Assembly: GCA_964016885.1 (NCBI GenBank)
Contig: OZ024742.1
Coordinates: 321,408,001 to 321,472,000 of the forward strand
Direction: 5' to 3'
Source: Eledone cirrhosa
Taxonomy: Eukaryota
Length of the DNA: 64,000 nt
Positions 53,813 to 64,000 of the stretch are shown one piece after another; positions within the stretch are counted from its first letter, which is position 1, and each line of letters opens with the position of its first letter. A program made the position numbers and the translations under genes. Below the pieces are notes generated by a model. It did no database searches. It was given only the letters and a program-made list of their open reading frames with translations, and was not told the origin of the DNA.

Positions 53813-55100
53813 CGTGAACAACGACAACACTAATAACAATAAACATACTGAAAAAAAACAACACCAGCAACAACAACGTGAACAATAACAACAAGATTTC
53901 TTTTGCAGCCACACCTGCAAAAGCACGAACTCTGTACATTGGACATTTCCGATAAGAAAGAATGTTTGGCCCAAAAGTCATAACTAGAGAAAAAAACCTG
54001 GGCCAACTTAAACGTTCCGACAAAGGCTCTGGCAGCGACAGAGAGAAGAATTCTCAAATACAGATGCAGTGGAGTGCATTCTTGTAAAACAAGTGGAAGT
54101 AGCATTAATGTACATCTCAAACGACATAGCAAGAGTTAAGGAATTCGGGAGCATCTCGGTGCCCTTTAAAATTGAAGCCCTTGCTATCAAGCATTCAGTG
54201 ATCCCCTGCAAGTCGGATTAAATCATAGTGTACCCATCTTGCATGGCAAGAAGAAGAGTTAGGGTACGCGTGCGTAGGATCCCGCCAGGACTGGATCAAT
54301 AGTGGCTCCTTTGATGCATGGCTGCAGAGTTCCCTGACACACTCCTCGATGTCAAATTTACAAAGAGGGAGAAATGATCCGGGACTGGTTTGGAAATTCT
54401 TCTCCAAATAAAACCCGAAGATATAAAAAAGATCCCGGACCACGTGAAACTACCAGACGAGTACGAGATGCAGGTAATTACTGAAGGCAAAAGGCCGGAC
54501 TGCTTCTTTGGGGGAGAATCCACGCATCTGCGAGATCAATCGAAAGCTTTCGATAGGGTCGACTTTCGATACCTGGAGGCAGCCAGCAGATTTGGGCCTA
54601 AAGGAAGCTATCCTTGAAAGGTCGGGCGGTTGTGGCGAACGCATACATGGCGTCCGTCATCTATTCCACGTCTGGCTGCACTGGAACGGCTACCTTTTCG
54701 CTTTTTTGTGTAAGGGATAGATTCCACTGGTCAGGCGATCAATTTGCTGTCAAACCCGCTGTGTGGAGGACTGGACATGCCGTGGCTGATGATACGCAGA
54801 CATGCGCTATGGCTACGACATCTCCAACTCTTCCTTGGCGGTGAACAGGTGTGGTCGCCATTCGCTAGACATGTTTTTCCCAAGTTCGTCTTCTTGAGGG
54901 AGCTGCAGTCGTGGATCAAACGCATGAGACTGGAATGTCTTCAAGCGCTCATAGCCATCTGTCAATCGGGCCGTGTGATCGGTGGAGACTCTACCTTGGC
55001 ATTCTATAGAGGTCTTGTAGAGGGTAAAAGCGATGGCGTTCTTGGGTAGATTCTGGGCGTCGACGATAATCAATTAGCCAATCGTTTCTGGAGAACCTTT
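53400..55100 (+). mobile_element. Internally deleted, diverged Tx1-type LINE
   Basis: Asn-rich tract then NKISFAA (compare KISFAV in copy D ORF1). ITEGKRPDCFF..H is fused to DQSKAFDRVD, followed by GGLDMPWL and GDSTLAFYRGLVEGK. Confidence 0.85.
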
Positions 55101-55129
55101 CTCCTTTTCTTGTACTATTGTGTCCAATG

Positions 55130-55915
55130 GGAAAGCTACATCTATAATCAACCAAGATCTTTTTTCCTTGTCAAAAACCACCAGGCCATTTAACCGGAAA
55201 ATTTTCCCTGGTGAACATCAAGCCGCTACCTGCAGCCTCAGACATTCAGGATGTATCGGTGGGTTCTTGCTGTTCCTAGTAGGTATGCCTTCTGTAGTGT
55301 TCCAAAAAAAAGGGCTGGGATAATGTTCTTTAACCAGCTCAGGAAGCTCTTCGAGATGATACCTAGCGCTCCTATAACGATTGGGACAGCCTTGTTTTAA
55401 ATTTCAGTTCCGGAACTGTTTGTATCCGGAAATCCCATAGCACCTTCACCCGATCGTTTTCTATCACCGACTCTGGCTTGTGCTCATACCATTTCTCAGA
55501 ATTAGGTAATTTGTTCAGTTTGCATAAATGCCAGTGAATCACTTTTCCTGTAATATCATACCTCCATCCTTTATAGTGAGTCTAAGCTAGGTGTTTACAC
55601 TCGGATACGATGGGAGACGGAGTTTCCTCTCTCTCTCCACAGATCCTACAGGGCGGGCTAGCCACCTCCTTCGTTGTAAGGGCTTGCTCCTATGCAGCCA
55701 GTAGCATTCCCTCTGTGGCTCTTAAGATACCCTCTCTTTATCCAGTTCTATGACCGCGGATCACTGAATTCTGTTTTATTTAAAAAGATGCTATGAGGGG
55801 CCTTTTCCTTCAGATTATTCTCCGTCTTTGTTGGTCATCCTCTGGTCTATTGTCTCCTCCTTCAATAAAGCCTTAAGCATTGGCTCGTTATTTTCAGACA
55901 CATATTTTGTTAATT
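55130..55915 (-). mobile_element. R4/Dong-type (RLE) non-LTR retrotransposon 3' fragment
   Basis: LLAA*EQAL, CRICGEREET..IVSEC, KWYEHKPESVIENDRVKVLWDFRIQT, VPIVIGALG. Confidence 0.88.
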
Positions 55916-56224
55916 CTTTTTGTTATCATTTTTTTTCAGAACAACGGAAAAAATGTTTTGCGGTATCCGTTCAGGTTCTTTACGTTCTGAGTTGAAATCA
56001 TACTGAGGTCAATTTTGTCTTTCATCCTTCCGGGGTTGATAAAATAAATTACCAGTCATTATTGGGCTCGGCATATCTGACTTTCTGCACTCCCTACATT
56101 GCTGGCATTGTGCCAAGATTAGAATAAGTTATTATATCTAATATATGTTTATAAGTTCCTGGTGACTTTGATCCATCTTGATGGGTTTGAGAACTGGACT
56201 CTTACAGTAGACATGGAACGAAGA

Positions 56225-56592
56225 ATCCAGGCATTAACCCTGCTACACACCCCATACAGAGTACATGACAAACAAATTTATCAAGCTGCAAGACAACAGA
56301 TACTCTAGCAGACAGGAACCATTCATTGCGATGGTAACAAGACAAACGCTCAGCTGGTACACTTACGTGTCCTGCTACGACTCCCTGTCTAAAACCATCC
56401 TAATGGAGTGCGAAGAAGTGGTAGATAAAGAAAATGTTGGTCTGACAGCAACAAAGAATGGACATATCACAACACTGCGACCTATCTATATATGACGGAG
56501 GAAAGAGATCAGTGCCGTCTACCGACTGTGAAAATAACTAAATTGGCAACCCTACCACTGACTGCAACAATTGCGGGAACATGATGATGATA

Positions 56593-56595
<3 letters not shown>
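56225..56595 (+). mobile_element. RTE-group LINE 3' end with (ATG)n tail
   Basis: RQTLSWYTYVSCYDSLSKTIL resembles RKL.W.GHV.R.D.L.KTIL. Confidence 0.65.
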
Positions 56596-56669
<74 letters not shown>

Positions 56670-57149
56670 GTTTTTAAAAAAATAGATATTATTTGAGATG
56701 TAAATATCCCAGAAACTACAAAGTTTAGGGCAATGAGACTGAGCAGATTTTGGGTCGTCGTTTTAAAGGAAGGGAACAGATTTGACAATGGTGTTCTCAG
56801 TAGAAGAAAGATCACAACTTAAACAGCTTTGATCAAAGGTCTGGTTGATCAGGGAAGACCTAGGGCTAAACAGGAACAACAACACTTATACCATATCAAC
56901 TCCGTTATCATAATATTATTAGCACTGCAGCTACCATCGCCATACTATGCCATCTACACTACTAGCACCGTAACCACCACCGCCATCACTATACCATCTA
57001 CTCTACTACCACAGCAACCTCTACCATCATCACTATACCATCTACTCTACCAGCACACCCTCTATATCTCCACTACTAGTACAACAACTACTACAAACTC
57101 CACAGCTACCACCTCCCCATCACTGCCACCATTACCACCACCAGCACCA

Positions 57150-57740
57150 CCACCATCAACAACAACAACCACACCACCATATCACCCACTCCACCGACAC
57201 CCCTACCATTCCAACCACCACCATCGCCACCATCATACCACTCACAACAACTCCACCACCACCACCACCACAACAACAACAACAACAACAACAACACCAT
57301 ATCACCCACTCCACCGACACCCTACCATTCCAACCACCACCATCGCCACCATCATACCACTCACAACAACTCCACCACCACCACCACCACAACAACAACA
57401 ACAACAACAACAACCACACCACCATATCACCCACTCCACCGACACCCCTACCATTCCAACCACCACCATCGCCACCATCATACCACTAACAACAACTCCA
57501 CCACCACCACATCAACAACAACAACAACCACACCACCATATCACCCACTCCACCGACACCCCTACCATTCCAACCACCACCATCGCCACCATCATACCAC
57601 TCACAACAACTCCACCACCACCACCACAACAACAACAACAACAACAACACCATATCACCCACTCCACCGACACCCTACCATTCCAACCACCACCATCGCC
57701 ACCATCATACCACCACCACCACCACCACCACCACCACAAA
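57150..57740. repeat. About 120-bp minisatellite (about 5 units) with variable (CCA)n(CAA)n linkers
   Basis: CACCATATCACCCACTCCACCGACACCC recurs at about 57175, 57295, 57420, 57534 and 57648. Confidence 0.92.
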
Positions 57741-58327
57741 TAAAATGTTATTGTTAATGTTATTGATCACTGTGTGCTCTCAGCTGCCGTTGAACGGTAG
57801 AGAGTGATGAGGAGGGGGTAGAGCGGTAGGTGGAGTAGAAGGGTGTATCAGAGGTGCTAGAGTGTGATAGGGGTGGAGGCGGAGAGATAAGGGGATTAGC
57901 TGATTGGCGTGCGTGGTGGGATGTGGGTAGATAATGAGTGAGTTATACAGAGACAGGAGAGAGAGAGATAGGGAAAGATAGACAGAGAGAGAGAGATGAG
58001 GGGGGGGAGGAGGAGGGGGGAGAAGGAGAGACAAAGAGAGATGTAGAAATATACCGAGAAACAGGTCGGTGATATATATAGATATAGAGATATATATAGT
58101 AGGAGAGAGAGAGAAAATCACAGATACATATATTGATGCAGGGAGAAAAAAAGACATTGACAAAAAGGCAGAGGGAGAGAGAGGGGGAGAGAGAGAGAGA
58201 GAGGGAGAGAGAGTGAGAGAGAGAGAGAGAGAGAGAGAAGGCGGAGCATTTACGGCAGTGTCGGCTGCCAATTGGATAAACTTAACAATGTTACACACGA
58301 ATACATCGGGTGTGCACATATGTGTGC

Positions 58328-58423
<96 letters not shown>

Positions 58424-58508
58424 CTCTCTCCCTCTCTCTCTCGATTTATATATATATATATAGAGAGAGAGAGAGATAGATACAGATATATGTGTGTGCG
58501 TATATATA

Positions 58509-58583
<75 letters not shown>

Positions 58584-58603
58584 AGATGTATCATATATAT
58601 GCA

Positions 58604-58669
<66 letters not shown>

Positions 58670-59258
58670 CATGCATACATACATGCATGCATACTTACAT
58701 AATACATACGTACATACATACATACATACATACATACATACATACATACGTACGTACGTACGTACGTACATACACACGTACGTACGTACATACATACATA
58801 CATACATATACATATGCATATGCACCCGTGTGTCTGTGAGTGAATGTAAGCGTATGTTTACGTATAATATATGCATGCGCGTGTATGTATATCTGCAACC
58901 CTGCACCTCACTTCCATCCTATAGAGCGAGCGATCACGCATCTACATGTATATACGCATATATACATATGCGTATGTGTACTTGTGTTCACGTAAGTGTA
59001 TGTGTGTATGTATGCATCTGTGTGTACATAACAATGTGCATTTGTGTTGTGGTGTTTTTGTGTAGCAGCGACGGTGGGGGCGTGTTTCCTGCTAGTCTCA
59101 CCTCCTTTTTCATTGAAATACATGCACGACCCTCGCATTGCTCAACCCTCGTTCTCATTCTGCCCTCGTTCTCATTCTACCCTCGCTCCGCTGTACCCTG
59201 CCCTCGCGCTTGCTCTGCCCGACCGTAGTTCTGGCTCTGCCTTAACCTTGAATTGCTC

Positions 59259-59321
59259 TATGATATATTATGTCGTCTTGCCTGAACTGGGACCTTTACT
59301 ATCTTCATCATTCTACTACAC
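59259..59321 (+). CDS. Candidate first coding exon of an unidentified host gene
   Basis: Unique CpG-containing island with ATGs at 59259 and 59270, ending at the consensus donor CAC|GTAAGT (59322). Confidence 0.35.
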
Positions 59322-59893
59322 GTAAGTATATGCGTGTATATATATATATATGTGTGTGTGTGTGTGAGTGTGTGTGCATGTATGCGTGTATGTATGTATA
59401 TGTGTCTATGTATGCATGTATATATGTGTGTATATATAAGTATATCTATCTATGCGTGTATATATGTATGTATATATAAGTATATCTATCTATCTATGCC
59501 TGTATATATGTATGTATATATAAGTATATCTATCTATGTATGCCTGTATATATGTATGCATGTATATATGCATGTATATATAAGTATATCGATCTGTATA
59601 GGGATGTATATATGTATGTGTGTATGTATGTATATATATATAGAGAGAGAGAGAGAGAAAGAGAGATGTGTGTATGTGTATGGAGGGGAGTGTGTGTGCA
59701 TTTATGCGTGTATGTATATGCATCTATGTATGCATGCATAGATGTATGCATATATAAGTATATCTATTTGTGTAGTGAGGTATGTGTGTATATATGTATA
59801 TATATAGAGAGAGAAATGTGTGTGTACGTGTGTGCATGTCCGTGTAAGTGTGAAAATGTGTTTGTCATTTGGATGTCCGACTCTCTCTCCTTT

Positions 59894-59955
<62 letters not shown>

Positions 59956-60345
59956 TCTCTCCTTCTCTCTCTCTCCCTCCGTCTCCCCCACCTTCTCTCT
60001 CTCTCTTTCTTTTTCTTTCTTTCTTCCCTTTCTTCCTTCCTCTCAGTGTTTAATTGATTATTTACGTTGCTGCCATTTTAAATATTGTCATCGTCATCAT
60101 CGCCATCACCATCTTCATCGCCATCATCATCTTCATCATCTTCATCGCCATCTTCATCTTCATCATCTTCATCGCCATCATCGTCAATCCTCATTGCCCC
60201 CCCCCCCCCCTTAGTACTCTACCCACCACCATTAAAGTTCCGATCATTATTGTCATTACCATTAGTGTTAGTATTAGTATTATCAGCTTTGATTTCGTTC
60301 GTTCGATCGATCGTTTCTTTGCTTTGTTATTGTTGTTGCAGTTGC

Positions 60346-60390
<45 letters not shown>

Positions 60391-60499
60391 GCAGCTGCTG
60401 CTGTTGATGCTGCTGCAGCTGGTGTTGTTTTTATTGGCTTTCGTTATGTTTGTTGTTGTTGTTGTTGTCGTCGTCGTCGTCGTCGTCGTTGTTTTACAG

Positions 60500-60578
60500 T
60501 TCTGCTCTGGTATCGCATTTTCGCGCCAGATTTGAAGAAGCGAACATACGTACGTATCAGGCGGAAGAAGCGGAAACG
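60500..60578 (+). CDS. Candidate second exon
   Basis: Acceptor TTGTTTTACAG at 60499. Frames from both ATGs stay open. The donor is uncertain (GTACGT at 60550 or GTGAAC at 60579). Confidence 0.35.
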
Positions 60579-60636
60579 GTGAACACCAGGAAACAAGAGA
60601 AATACACACACATACACACACATACACACACATACA

Positions 60637-60678
<42 letters not shown>

Positions 60679-60705
60679 TTTATATATATATATATATATA
60701 TATAC

Positions 60706-60790
<85 letters not shown>

Positions 60791-60801
60791 TACAAATATA
60801 C

Positions 60802-60837
<36 letters not shown>

Positions 60838-61068
60838 ATATATATATATATATATGTGTATATATATAGTATATGTATATGTGTAAATATATGATGTATA
60901 CGTATAAGTTTATATAATTGTTTCCTGAGAGTCAAGCCGTCATCATTTTCTACCTGTGATTTTGTGCTCTAAACGTGCCTACCGTAACACAAGACGAATC
61001 TGGATGCGGGTGTGTATATATATATGTGTGTGTGTGTGTGTGTATATATATGTGTGTGTATATGTATA

Positions 61069-61187
<119 letters not shown>

Positions 61188-61192
61188 GTAAT

Positions 61193-61250
<58 letters not shown>

Positions 61251-61324
61251 GTAATTATATATTATATATATATTATATATATATATATATATATATGTAA
61301 CTATATATGTAATTATATATTATA

Positions 61325-61382
<58 letters not shown>

Positions 61383-61387
61383 GTAAT

Positions 61388-61446
<59 letters not shown>

Positions 61447-62538
61447 TATAATATATATATATATTATATTATATTATATTATATACTTTCTATCTTTCTC
61501 TATATATATGCATAATGGTTTCATTTATTATTTTACAACGTTGATTTTTTTTTTTCGTCTCTTTTTATTGTTTTTTTTTTTTGTATAATTTTTGTATTTG
61601 TTTATCATGATGAGATAAATATTGCGGTTTTTCATGAATATTTCTGAGTTTATAACCATTTTGATAATTGAGAGGCGGTGGAAGCGTTTCTGAATTGGCG
61701 GGGGGGGGGGGGAACAAATTTCATCAATTTAGCGATTATCAAATATCAAGCAATATATAGAAAAAAAAATTTCGATATGCGATAAACATAACATGTACTA
61801 ATAAATGCATATTTTGCTAGTTTGAGGAGAAAAATATAATTAGGGGGGGGCGGGGGGGGGGGGGGGCTTTGGACCCCACCTCTCCAAGTTCCACCGTCCC
61901 TGTAATTCTGACGTTACCTTGTTTTATAATTGTTTTCTTTTTGTTTTCTGTGTTTTTTACGTCTTGGTTATTTACAGATTTACTATATTTACAATACCTG
62001 TTTCGGGTGTTAAGCTGGTGATTTGAGGGTAGTACACATCTTTAATCTTGTACTGAGTTACAGGTGGCTGGATTACGGCCATGCTACAGCTTTGTGTTGT
62101 TTGTTTACTTGTTTGTTTGATTTTAGGAGAATTATTTTGTTTTTTAGTATCGATAAAGCATATTGTTTTCCAGTTTACAATTTTTCGGTATGTGATGAGT
62201 TCATATGATGTCGGATGTATATATTTGTATAGTGTACATAATAGATATATGTATATATATATATTATACAGGCGTGTGTGTATGCATGTATGTATGTATA
62301 TGCATGTGTATTTATATGTTTATACATATATATCTATATATATATGTATGTGTGTATCCATCTCCCTCTCTCTCTCTATATATATATATGTGTGTGGATC
62401 TATCTATCTATCTCTATATATTCATTCCTATACACAGATATAATTTTTTTATAGTTTCAATCTACACATATGAAGAGTCCATTCATAATTCAATGTTCTT
62501 ATTTATGTATTTAATATCATTTTAACTGTATACATGAC

Positions 62539-62570
<32 letters not shown>

Positions 62571-62582
62571 CTCACACACGCG

Positions 62583-62720
<138 letters not shown>

Positions 62721-62886
62721 GGAAAATGTTTAACCCCGACGACAGACCTTAAGCCGTTTCGACGACTATTTCTGGACCAGCTCTGCCGTCGGGGTTAAAC
62801 ATTTTCCTATTACCCACTCTACTACCCTAAGTATTGAGTACTCTGGTGCGTTTTGGTCCATCTGGTTCCTTAGCAAACTTTCTTCG

Positions 62887-62926
<40 letters not shown>

Positions 62927-62930
62927 GGAG

Positions 62931-62964
<34 letters not shown>

Positions 62965-63049
62965 GCATGTATGTGTATATATATAAATTCCGAAAGAGGG
63001 GGGGGGGGGGGCACATATGACTAAGACAATGGAAAAAGAATGGAAAAAA

Positions 63050-63992
<943 letters not shown>

Positions 63993-64000
63993 GTGAGGTT

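Overview
Repeat-saturated animal genomic DNA, most consistent with an octopod cephalopod. This is inferred from tRNA-headed SINEs resembling octopus OK/OR-type SINEs, a decayed C2H2 zinc-finger array and extreme microsatellite density. No intact host gene is evident; there is only a candidate two-exon gene start at about 59.1-60.6 kb. Most listed ORFs are microsatellite artefacts. The real content is: (1) a head-to-tail cluster of Tx1-type (L1 group) LINEs at 1.2-11.4 kb, including one near full-length frameshifted copy, each ending in (TATC)n; (2) an RTE LINE with RTE-derived non-autonomous elements chained through (CATA)n at 45.4-49.2 kb; (3) many SINEs, hAT-type MITEs with 8-bp TSDs, and CR1, CRE, R4/Dong, Helitron and Penelope remnants. 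The most notable structure is a hidden layer of more than a dozen type I hammerhead ribozyme (HHR) folds, both intact and degenerate. They lie in short modules abutting (TA)n tracts and are often duplicated as perfect fold-back palindromes, which fits Penelope-like pLTR ends. Among them are a tandem 627-nt double-ribozyme unit (retrozyme-like) and a family with a compensatory U3-A8 core variant (UUGAAAA). All folds and alignments were done by eye.
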